DNA of 64,000 nt from Paramoeba atlantica. Taxonomy: Eukaryota; Protista; Discosea. Where the stretch lies: assembly GCA_977017575.1 (NCBI GenBank), contig CDRNVI010000020.1, forward strand, positions 372,001 to 436,000, in the 5' to 3' direction. Positions 10,701 through 19,300 of the stretch are shown piece after piece (the first letter of the stretch is position 1; each line of letters starts with the position of its first letter). The notes under the pieces were generated by a model. That model was not told where the DNA came from. It did not search any database and worked only from the letters and a program-made list of their open reading frames with translations. The translations under genes and the position numbers were made by a program.

Positions 10701-11947
10701 CCCATCCCATGGGACCTCCCCCTACGACGACAACGGCAACGACGACAACGATGTCGTCAGTGGCTTTTCCTTTTCCTCTCCCCCACCCCCATGGGGCTAC
10801 CCTCCCTTTGGGTCATCGGAGGGAAATGCATGAAGCTTCTCCAATGTTTCATGAAAGCTCTCCGCATTTTTATGAAGGTTTAACTCTTCAAACACCCTTA
10901 ATCCCCTCGACACCGGGGGGGTCGAACCCGACAAGTCCTCAAGGAGTGAAGGATTATCCCGCGGCATGGGGAGAGAGCGGGTTCTCTTCTTCAGGGAGGC
11001 CGGCTCTCCCTGAACCACAGTTGAACCATGCAAAGGGGAAAAATAAGATAAGACAAAGGCTCTCGGGGGTCCATCTCTCGAAAGAGACCTTCCTGTCCTT
11101 TCCCATGACCCCTGAGGTCGGGTTGGGAAATGTATACAATCCCCTGGGGTCGTCCTATGCCCCTGTTGCCTCCTCTGTAGGGAAAAAAGAAAACCGTGCA
11201 GGACGGGTGGGGTCGTTACCTAAAATGAAAGGGGGTTTCATTCCCGAGGTAACGGGAACAGGGATGCCTTTTTTGGAAAAACAAAGTGTACATCCAGGTT
11301 GGGATTCTCACCCACTAGGTGAAGCAGAGCAAGGGGTAAATTTTGTACCCTATTCTACAGAGGCCTTGGGTTCGAATTCTTCTCATTTTACCCAAGGGAT
11401 GGGAAGACCCTTAAGGGATAGCTCTCAGATACGAGGAGGTTCTCTCCCAGGGGCGTTTGAGCACTTTCAGCGTCAGCCTCCCTCTGGAAATACATTTGAG
11501 GAAAACTTTATGTTAGGATACTCCTCTTCTCCTGGCTCTTATGTGGGATCGGGTGCGTCTCCAACCACTCTAGATCCCTTTTCCATTTCCTTTCCTACGG
11601 AAGAAAATAGTGAGCAGGATGAGCTATTAAATGCTGGGGAGGAATTGAATCCGTCTGAATATGTGGATGCCGCACGTGATGCCTCCAAGGTGCTTTCTGC
11701 GCTTAAAATGGCAACGCTTCAACAAGACCAAAACAACCAAAATGGGAAAGGAATAAGAGAGCTGGGAAAGGGTTCGGTCCAACCGGAGTCAGGTGCGTTT
11801 GAGCACTTCGAGCCTTCTCTCTCCCTGGGGGAGCTAGAGGAGAGTGGGTGGTCGCCGACGTTTTCGCAGCAAGGCAGAACAGCTGATCCCTCATTGGTGT
11901 CTATTTTGGAGAATTGGTCTCGTGCTCAGAATGAATCTACCGAATAA
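4745..11947 (+). CDS. Large MATH/TRAF-domain protein with coiled coil and low-complexity His/Pro-rich regions
   Basis: 2400-aa uninterrupted ORF. MATH-like segment at ~7960-8340 (YSPDFQYGGVPWSLL..LALYL..CKFILTLL..DWGFNNVVSLEKL..DSILVDI). ATG 4745 (MGSSAS) preferred because 4580 lies in a TE end. Confidence 0.75.
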   Translation: MGSSASRPDHSTPANVAFDETLHCKLDAPPPKIPTLPINPQSEIKTGIGKDLSLSRGIPFGSVGVTTTAVRRPMEISSESAAQSIPSIPLSLLSRQETKKKRRAQDPTEPRAWEDAAQITDTLTSATRPPLTPDSPTPHLNAPPPTALPSPPHPSSPCDTLYALLAALDALDHGTLSQIGPSRRLPPLFSPLSRSYDTSPQQHPETSLPSEDTTRTFSHPLPYLPPHDPTLPLPHPSLPLHHNTHHHHDDDDNHSHHNPHNEGPSHHSSPDEDTPHHSSPNDHNSSHPSSHNHDGPHHSPHNPRMMINNDEGHSHHTRHNHNDTPHPCSLKDEHHINHHSAHNSMRMMNHSNHNPNDSSPDSPSSLLSLSHTLRRDLTAALQQCKGSSGRSGSHPPPRARDKLNTLLLGRRFRELAGVAAMVAGAREREQGVQQEGQQRKEGRKEPTPIRGASADRAALRDPKVVERKVQWESARGRVSSGPGVSSVLLHGEEEGNGGIKAGVVEDGGRAVLNGEEHAGYLNAMRPTERDLLQHYLAEGNMEETLKLLEAMTRDRVVCGVEHLAGDPGEGVGKPFRTLSKGKAEDFLPSEMLPIGSHAVSASRVDYTRDNTAKCVPTPLEKSLAQISQRFRRPCFEDFVDALPKDFLSLAPSRVLKTATRFDARDLDTDDDQDDAENRSSTNAKEGSVIDKKAQISRIKDTKINDPTSSSADAALQKANEEYGRKKQEDYRMFATKKVRDEHGMVRAARGPFPPPCLADHTQDPLAEGRARRSLRGKHTPEEDEETGSNGTLTEEEERLQSEDHKSGHSSGSIETQTTGTSEKTDTKGEAAAQLNKAAPLPDVIEPDWRSVMEALSSETLRKVLEVLRPHPTKAQQQQQKKSPSATVAQLIFRLGVEKVIHAMEKQRLLEPLLRPKGTKSCLASRLESDFIPTMEEYPEIRKGIALALLLSQDIHTNANTQDLYERTVVSGLRAGLGSLRPRLLKKVVTEIAAYCKNKYATTDTSSQSSTRAFAPQNGEDPSNLSVDKQVEFVVWSVVPGERVRHKKERLASRRRKRGVGFFLEHAASVFHTGRVCFRLSRVSSLRKNPYRHYSPDFQYGGVPWSLLAMQHKDHLALYLCQTGNVHCKFILTLLHVNEGESIRNEGCQRFQSNSAENDWGFNNVVSLEKLFDPVGGFWDSETDSILVDIALMILDDPVPSPSLNSTVHPDLAPKLTTASQQSAINVGRTTLAPKEALDYTSHEDVFIKDVVSKSVLGSPTLDAKSGPENDLVTKTTTNITRRSVDFSKSKFTSNSVSIRFTGEATPSFTNESSTSELLQTAQANASLLELVEEELAGKEKEWKKKTTRHFKALRSKLYRDQEKERKSFSKDEEEARQKLYDAEKKSLGITKENTVKSKRASKASTFQQSSPEPATKQILVSFNDYGDKSLSCEIKEIQEATSAVRAETAKLTEDLSQLLSEKSTTERKITDIVSQERQTRQKLKLMRSKVARKQAILDDYSVTLRDLENSISHVRAQKESATGETKTKESKRAEPQLLNASTGKALHDTTIEKQDDSSTLSYSRSKSPRSPVPSTPPSLSRSSNKSKRGIKTGETRELRHSETSKKPLTSPGGDEKNGLSLEAESLLHSSGLPDNIAKDDPPLRDVLPTSTFHSPHVTPHTTLSPSALHKTPPGALPPPFPPVAPPLTIHPSQSLPFPSCSSTHEPPPYAPPHISPHPSTRSSPQRPPLPPSLPYPSQALPFPDPSLPHPSSSTLPFLPFPPPTPYGARSHLPYQGIPSPQGVLSQRASPQRVPSERAPPQGVPSERVPPQAVPSERVPSQGIPSERVYPQGIPSERVPSQGIPSERVYPQGIPASTTTNMYRIPNANTTPSLPQQQQQQQQPMELPLPPPPPPQTGTFPPPPLYPPHESSSSSTLPSPFPMTPAFPGPMGPHGPPGHGPLPPLQPPPVPPNAYTHVLPTRGGWEKGESGRKERKWETLMNPMALPHPMGPPPTTTTATTTTMSSVAFPFPLPHPHGATLPLGHRREMHEASPMFHESSPHFYEGLTLQTPLIPSTPGGSNPTSPQGVKDYPAAWGESGFSSSGRPALPEPQLNHAKGKNKIRQRLSGVHLSKETFLSFPMTPEVGLGNVYNPLGSSYAPVASSVGKKENRAGRVGSLPKMKGGFIPEVTGTGMPFLEKQSVHPGWDSHPLGEAEQGVNFVPYSTEALGSNSSHFTQGMGRPLRDSSQIRGGSLPGAFEHFQRQPPSGNTFEENFMLGYSSSPGSYVGSGASPTTLDPFSISFPTEENSEQDELLNAGEELNPSEYVDAARDASKVLSALKMATLQQDQNNQNGKGIRELGKGSVQPESGAFEHFEPSLSLGELEESGWSPTFSQQGRTADPSLVSILENWSRAQNESTE
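10060..10310 (+). repeat. Coding tandem repeat, 30-bp unit x ~8 (QG[IV]PSERV[YP][PS])
   Basis: CAAGGGATTCCTTCTGAACGGGTT... repeated in frame. Confidence 0.9.
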
Positions 11948-12421
11948 GGTCAAAATCCTTGAAAAAAGTGCTATTCTGTCGAAGTTACAATGAGTGCGAA
12001 CGGGCAGAGTACACCAGGATGTGAAAAACGGTGCATAGTCTCTATATTCTAAATTTTGTGTGCCAAATTGTTTGTTGTGTTTCTCGTACGAATACGCCAT
12101 CAAAGATCATTTATCTTTTTCTCTTTACAGACATGAAACAATGTCTTCAGTTCTGCTTAAAACGCGTGAAACCCCCGAAGATACCCCAAAAAAATGGGAG
12201 GAAATAATTTTTCTCTTCCCCTATTCCCCTTTTTTATCTCTTTATTTTTTATCTTTCAAAAAGATTACGCAAAATAAAACAAATTATTTCTTCTTGCTTA
12301 AAGCATTTCTCGTGTTACTCCTATTTCCTCGCCTACTGCCTATATTTTTTTAATTTTCTTCATTTTCCAAACTCTCTTTCTCTTTACTCCCCTTTCTCCT
12401 CCCACCTCTCCCCACGCCCCC

Positions 12422-13177
12422 ATGCTGCTTCGCTCCCCTCTCCATCTCGCCTCCACCCCCCGGATGCAGGACCCCCCGCGCTCCTCCCCCCTTAAATTTA
12501 TCCCCTACATGTTTCCCGGGCACTGGAACCTTAACCAGCGACACTGGATCAACCCACGCGACTGGAAACGCAACCCCTTCCGCCCGGTCTACCGCGAGAC
12601 CAATTTCCTCTCCTGCTGGCCCTCCGTGTTCTCCCGCTGGACCAAAGGAAAGCGAACGCTGCTCCACCTGCGCTACAGCCGCGAGGCGCTCGCGGAGATT
12701 CTGGACACCATCCCGGCTCATTTTCATGTGAGTGAGATTCGACGACCCCCGCAGCGGATTAAAGCCGAGAGCCACGGCATTGTGGACCGGTGGTGGACGA
12801 ACTACTGGACGCTTCACTCCATACGGTACCAGTGTTTGTTGGCCCATATGAAATGGAGACATGGCACCCCCTCGGGGATGCGCTCCAATTATGATGAGCC
12901 TTACTACTATGTAGACTACGAGGAGAGTAAGCTGTTGCGAGATCACCGCTCGAAGTGGATTAATATCCATCGAAGTTTTGCGGGGATGTCGAAGAAGATT
13001 CTGGATGCGGAGGCGGAGAATCGTTACGTGCACTACAAGCGGACCCAGGACCAGTTCTGGAGTAATCGCAGACTGTTGATTAACCGCGTGAAGGCGATGA
13101 TACGCACCGGGACGGCGATCTCTCCGTCGGATTTGCCCATCTCAACATATCGTATGGATGCGTTCGAAGCGGAATAG
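12422..13177 (+). CDS. Hypothetical basic, Trp/Arg-rich protein; probable mitochondrial (possibly mitoribosomal) protein
   Basis: 251-aa clean ORF behind a polypyrimidine tract, MLLRS.. presequence-like start, composition like kinetoplastid mitochondrial RNP subunits. Specific identity not recognised. Confidence 0.6.
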   Translation: MLLRSPLHLASTPRMQDPPRSSPLKFIPYMFPGHWNLNQRHWINPRDWKRNPFRPVYRETNFLSCWPSVFSRWTKGKRTLLHLRYSREALAEILDTIPAHFHVSEIRRPPQRIKAESHGIVDRWWTNYWTLHSIRYQCLLAHMKWRHGTPSGMRSNYDEPYYYVDYEESKLLRDHRSKWINIHRSFAGMSKKILDAEAENRYVHYKRTQDQFWSNRRLLINRVKAMIRTGTAISPSDLPISTYRMDAFEAE

Positions 13178-13368
13178 GGTCCTAAAAATAATTGTAGTTT
13201 GAATAATTGAATTATCCATTCAAACCAAAGAATGGATTTAAATCCAGTATACAATATCTTTTACCTTGGAAAACAATCAAGGCAACAGGAAAACTTTTTT
13301 CCTTCATTTTACGTTGTTCTTGTGATCATCTCTAGTACATTGTATCAATTTTTGCCCCCAACCTAGCC

Positions 13369-16300
13369 ATGGAAACCCCAGACCCTACATCTTCCCCTGT
13401 CGAATCTTCTTCCCCGACCCCCGACTCCTCTCTGCGGCTGCCTCCCCCTTTTTGCTTTCACAACCTTATTGATATCTCACCCTCCCTACTCGAGGCTCTC
13501 CCGCTTCCTTGCTTTGAATTTCCGGATCGTTTTCTCTTTTCGAGTTCCCCACGTGTACAAAGTTACGAAGACAGTGAAAGCCCAGAGGCGACTAAAGGCC
13601 GTGTCCTTCACCCCCCAAACTTACGTGAAATACTCGCCCCGGGGTTGTACGATACTTTTTTTGGATTACAGGAAGAACAACCATTTGAGAACGAGGAAAC
13701 AACAAGAGTCAAAGTTGAGTCATCTCTGCAACACGAAAAAAATGAATCTTCCTTTGCAAAAGATAATCTGCCGTACTCTGGAACAGACGCCAAACACGCA
13801 AACTTGAATGTTAATACAAGTACAGAGCCCGATGTGTTTCCTGAGACCGATACCCCACGAGTTACCAACTGGCTACCACGAGAGTGTGACGGGTCGCTTC
13901 CCTCCGAGCCCGACCTCTCGGATCGTATTCTCCAATCCTACAAGCAGTCCTGTATTACGCATCTGCAGCTGAACTCCGAGGCCCCGTTTCGAGAGGAGTC
14001 ACTGAACCCTGAAGGCGCTGCGTGGCTGAATGAGGACTCGCTGATCAGTCGGATGGCCCGGCAAGTCGTGCAGCTCGCAAACCCGGGAATCATAAATGAG
14101 AATAAAGAAAAGGAAAAGGCTTCGTCCGTTGTCGGCTCTGCGAAAACCCGTGAGCGTCTGGCATCCGCCCAGCCGGTTCCTCTTCAAATGAGGAGCCGAG
14201 AAACGGTCTCGCAGTTAGGAAACATTTCGGTACTGGCCGGGAAGGTTGACATGTCACTGCCCGAGGACGTTGCAAGCTCTTCTTCGGTGTCGTTATCGAA
14301 GAAAAAAGAAGGTGGGGCGTTTTTAAATATGGGAAGAGTGGACTCAAGTATGGAGGCGACGCAAAGTCCACCAGAGCTTAAAGAGGAAGAGATTGCGCAA
14401 ACAATTTCGACTGCAGAAAGAGAAAAACAATCCCAGGGGATTCGAAAATGTGATTTGACTTTAAAGGACGAAAAATTGGATCTGGTGACCGAATCTAGAG
14501 TATCGTTGGTTCAGAAAAATGTTTTACGTGGGGAGGGAGTAGGTTCACGTACGAGGGCAAAATGTGCCCAGAAAGAGGACACCGCGCGTGGCATGGTTTC
14601 GAAAACTGACGCGGTTTCGGAAACTATGCTTGCGGCTACGGATTCTTGTGTGTCTGACTTGAGTTTGCAAATTAGAGAGCAAAAGACAAAGGAAAAAATA
14701 AAGTCTGAACTGAGTGCGAAGAGACAGCGTCCGGCGCGGAAACCTGAGAAAATATTTGATCCAGTGAAGGAATTGTGCGAGACTGTGCCTGCTGTCGATT
14801 TTTTATGCAATGACTTGGGATCTTGGAGGACGTGGCTGGCTGTCTTCACCGACCTGTACAAGGACAAGTATCCTCTTCGCACCACACTTGAGTGTTTCCT
14901 TTATGTCTCAGAAAAAACTAGAGATCGAGTAAATGGTCTCACTTTCGAAAGATCGCATGAAGTATTATCTCTCTTTGCATGTCCCTCATCGAGAGAAAAT
15001 CAGGTCAATGTCTTAAATTTCTCAAAAAACGCCATCAAATCGATAAATGCATTCACACAATGCACAAATTTAGTAACGTTACACTCATCCTCAAAAAATG
15101 GGTTCGAAGAATGGATAGCACATCTGCTCAATGCTTTTCGTATCGGCGTCCTAAGTGCACTATGGACAGTACCCATGGAAACGTTTGATCGCAAAGCGCC
15201 TACTTTTGAAAACCCTCAAAAAGATTTAAAGGAGCTATCCAGCGACCAATATGTCTCTCTCCATGACTTTCATGCCTTATCCATGTCTTTGGAGCTATTG
15301 GATTCTGTGATGAACCTTCTTAGCAGCGTTGTACGAGGCTTCACAAAACTTGCACGTGAAGTGGCTTGCGACGTGTTTCCTGTTCAAACCACAAATCGCA
15401 GAAAGGCGAAAGAGCGGAACTGTCCTCCTGAGAAGAATGATGGTTCCCTCAAAAACTTTCTTGGTTGCTTGTCGGACGTCCTCTCTACCATTTTTCGTAA
15501 CTTTATTCGTGTCTTACGTTGGACACGCTGTCCGTTGCTCCAAGAAATTGAAAGGAGAGAGCAGTTGGCTAATTTTGCCCTTCAAACGTTATGTATACCG
15601 ATCAACAGCATCACGTCGCATGTGAGTCCAGCGGTAGCTTTGCTACATAGCTTATGTATACCACGCGTAATGATTTACAATAGCACGACTATGGCCTGTG
15701 AAGTATCTGCGCGATTGCAAGAGGGCACAACATCTGATCTTTGCGATTTTCTTCGCTATCAGGTTTTAAATAGTATGACTCGTGCTGTTGATCTCGACAA
15801 TTACTTGCATCTTCCAATCGAGGGCAAAAATATTACCATTTTTAGCTCACTGGTTCAACTGCTTCTCCTCTCACAGCCCTCTGACTCCACAGGGCTGCAC
15901 GAAACAATGGCAAGAATATCGCAATCGCTTTGTACTCACGTTCTCTCTTCCTTTGGTATACTTGAGGCGGTGAAACCCATCGACAATGCCGCAAATCCTG
16001 AGTTTAAGGAGAGAAAAACACGTAAGGCTAAACCTTCACGTCCAGCTCGATCCGAGCGTATTGTTCAAGAAGATCCCGCAGTACTCCAAAAATGGTTTGA
16101 TCACCTTTTAGAGGACGCCTTGTTTTGTGCCACTCTTCCCCAATATCCTCACGCTGCTCCCTTCGTCATGCATCTAACCAATTACATTTTGGCTCACTGC
16201 GTACGTCCACTCTTGCAAGAGGATCATCAAGAACGTGCAGCGAATTTTGTTCCTTTCGAAAACTTAACTTCTGCCCAGCGTGACAAAATTTTATATTGGG

Positions 16301-19300
16301 GGCTTCACACACTGACGCAAATTTTGCGTTGGTCAACGATACATTCCAAATATTTTGAAGAAAAGGCTATTCTACCCCCTCATGTTCCTTTTCACAAAAC
16401 GGTCGATCCCTCGGGGAATGGAATCGAAATCTCACAAAGCACGTCCAGTGCACTAACTCAAGTTCTTGATCGGCTCTACGACGACTGGTTTCGTACTCCT
16501 ACTAAACTTCTAGATCTGGTTGAAACGTCCACAAAATCGGTAAGAAAAAAGAAACATGGAAAAGTTATGAAAAATGGCCCGACTACCCCTCTCCTGGACC
16601 CAAACTCTACCAAGGACTACCCCGAAGAGACTCATCGCGCGAGATGTCTACTCTTCCGATCTCTACAATCCGAATTAATTGAGAATCCCGAAAATGCCAC
16701 AGCCATCCTCGCGGCTCTCTCCACCCTCACACACGAGTGGGAAACGAACGAACGCAAACGCGCCTCCGAAAGCGAAACAAAAAATGAAATATTGGACTTT
16801 GCGCAACACACCGCAGCGGCTGAGTTTTACCACAGTGTATTGCATCGTGAACTCCGCAACTCACTCGACCGCGGGGGATCGGCCTCCTGTATAGCGTTAC
16901 CTCCGGAGTTCTGGCTTTGTCTGCCTCATATCTCGATCGAAATCAAAAAGAGCTTCTCTCGAAGCTCTTCGTCTTTTCTACCTCCCCCTAGTCGTCTCGA
17001 TTCGCTACGAGGGATGGTGCTTTATTTAATTTTTACTACTAAAGCCCAAACGCAAAATGTTTTCTCCCATTCTTTTACTCAGCGTTTGGTCTATGCGCTC
17101 CTGAGTGCATTTCTCCATCCCAGGTGCGGGGCTTCACTTCGTAAAAAAGTGGTCGGGTTACTGAAAAGTTATTTCACGGTTGACTCCTCAGCGTTTCGTA
17201 CGCTTTGGCCTTCATTGCTCCGGGCACTGCGGGATGACAGTGCGATTGTTCGAGAAGCCGTGCTTCAATTGCTTCCGCTCTGTGTTCGCTTTTTTGCACA
17301 GCACACGGAGAAAATGTATGGCTCGCTTTTGAAGAGTGTGCTTGAGGCCGTCGGGGACTCGAGTGAGCTGGTGGCGAAACGAGCGCTCGGGGTGCTTCAG
17401 AATTTATTGGAAGAGGGAAAACGGAAGCAGGTGGCAGGGATGTACCGCATTCGATTTCATGTGCTCTGTGAGTTGTTGAAAAAGACTTCCTGGATGGAGG
17501 CCGATAAAGTGAAAATACATCGGAGTGTCGCGGAGACAATTTGGAGTGTTCTGTTTTCCGAAACCGACCCTAAGGCGCTTGGTGGAAAGGACAACGATTT
17601 GTCTGAAAGATCGGGTAGTAAGCATGAGGACAGATCAACACATTTACATGTCCGTTCCCGCGGCGCAGACGAAGCGTTAAAGACGACATGGGACCAAGCA
17701 CTGTCCTTGTTCATACACCTGGTCTGTGCAGATTCGCCTGATCCTCCCTTTGAACAGGTCGCAACCGAATCGAGTTTTCTTTTTCAAGCTCTCGCATGCA
17801 TTCTTGGTGAGGAGTCTGAGACCTCTCTGGTTTCAAACTACACTTCCGAAGACAAAGACACATCAACTAACAAACAGAATACACGTACTCAAGCCAAAAG
17901 TGCAACAGTCCGACAATCTCGAGAGCACCATGTACAGCAACTTGTGACTCGACTCCTAGCGCTTCTTCGCGATCTCCACAACCCTACCCCTACAATGACT
18001 TCCCACCCAAACCTCCTCCCGAGCACCTGCCCCAAAGGAAGTCTCATGGCCTCTCTCCATCTCCTGCTTACTCTGGTTCCGCACGCCCTTAAACCGGCTC
18101 ACTTCTCCTCGCTCTGCAGCTACCTTTCCTGTACAGAAAAAAACAGTGCAACTTCCCCACAAGCTTCTCGTCCAAGCACCGACGAGGTGGTGGTGTTTAT
18201 TCACACCTGTGGGGCTGTAAAAGCGGTGATTACTTCTCTTAAAGTGCGTCGTTTAGACTCCACAAAATCATCTCTGCAAAATCACGCCTCTCTTAACCGT
18301 TGGGAGAGTCTCTCTACTCTAGTCTACAACCCACTCTCTCGAGTACTCTCCCGACACGTTGGTGATTTTCCCCAACGTGTGTTAATCCAGTGTATTGACA
18401 CACTCTGTGGGTTACTGCCCTCGGAGACGCTCTACGCCTCGGTCGATTCCTCTACAATGGCAGAGAGGCTTGAAAAAGGGTACTTGCCTGCTCTACAGGC
18501 GGTGTATGGGATATACAATCAATACTACGTTCGGCTAAGTACGGTGTCTCAAAAATGGACGCAGGCGAGCGTACAGAGCACAAACCATAAAAGCACGGGG
18601 TCAAATTCTCTACCTGATGGCACGGATCACAACGTTGCGTTTGTCCTTCGGTTTTTATTCATTCTCTCTCAATTTCTGCGCCGGTTTCCTCCCTGTTTTT
18701 CGTCTCTTAAGCCGAGTCTCCTCTCAAGAGATTCGGACAACGCGTCTCTTTGTCGAGGAGCGGGGATTTACCACAATCTCTACACCCTGTTTCGTACGCT
18801 GATGTCACACGTCGAGGCAAACGAAAATAACGCTAAAGGAAAACTCCTGCCGGTGTTATTACGCGCCTTCGGGTCGTTGTGCATTGCACGACCCGTGGAC
18901 TACCTCCCCTTATGTGAAACCGTCTTACGGCAATCCCTCTCGCTGGAATCCACCCACGAAACCCTCTCCCCTGAGGAACGCACCGCACTCCAACGTCAAG
19001 CCCTATGGTTTATCCATGACTTTTTAATCGAGGAAGAAAAATGTATCGAAGCCGCGGTACGAAACGAAATTCGACGCGATCGTGAAAAACAACAACAAAA
19101 CCAAAACCAAAAAATAAACCAAACGAACAACCCACAAAAAATACCCTCTTCCCCACAAACCCCAAAAGAAACGCACAACCCTAAAACCCAAACCTCTCGA
19201 ACCGCCACAACCCCCTTCCTACCCCCCCTGAGCCCCAACCCCCCCGAATCCCCCCTCCCCCGCCGCTCCTCCCAACCCGACCGCTCCAGCGGCATGACCC

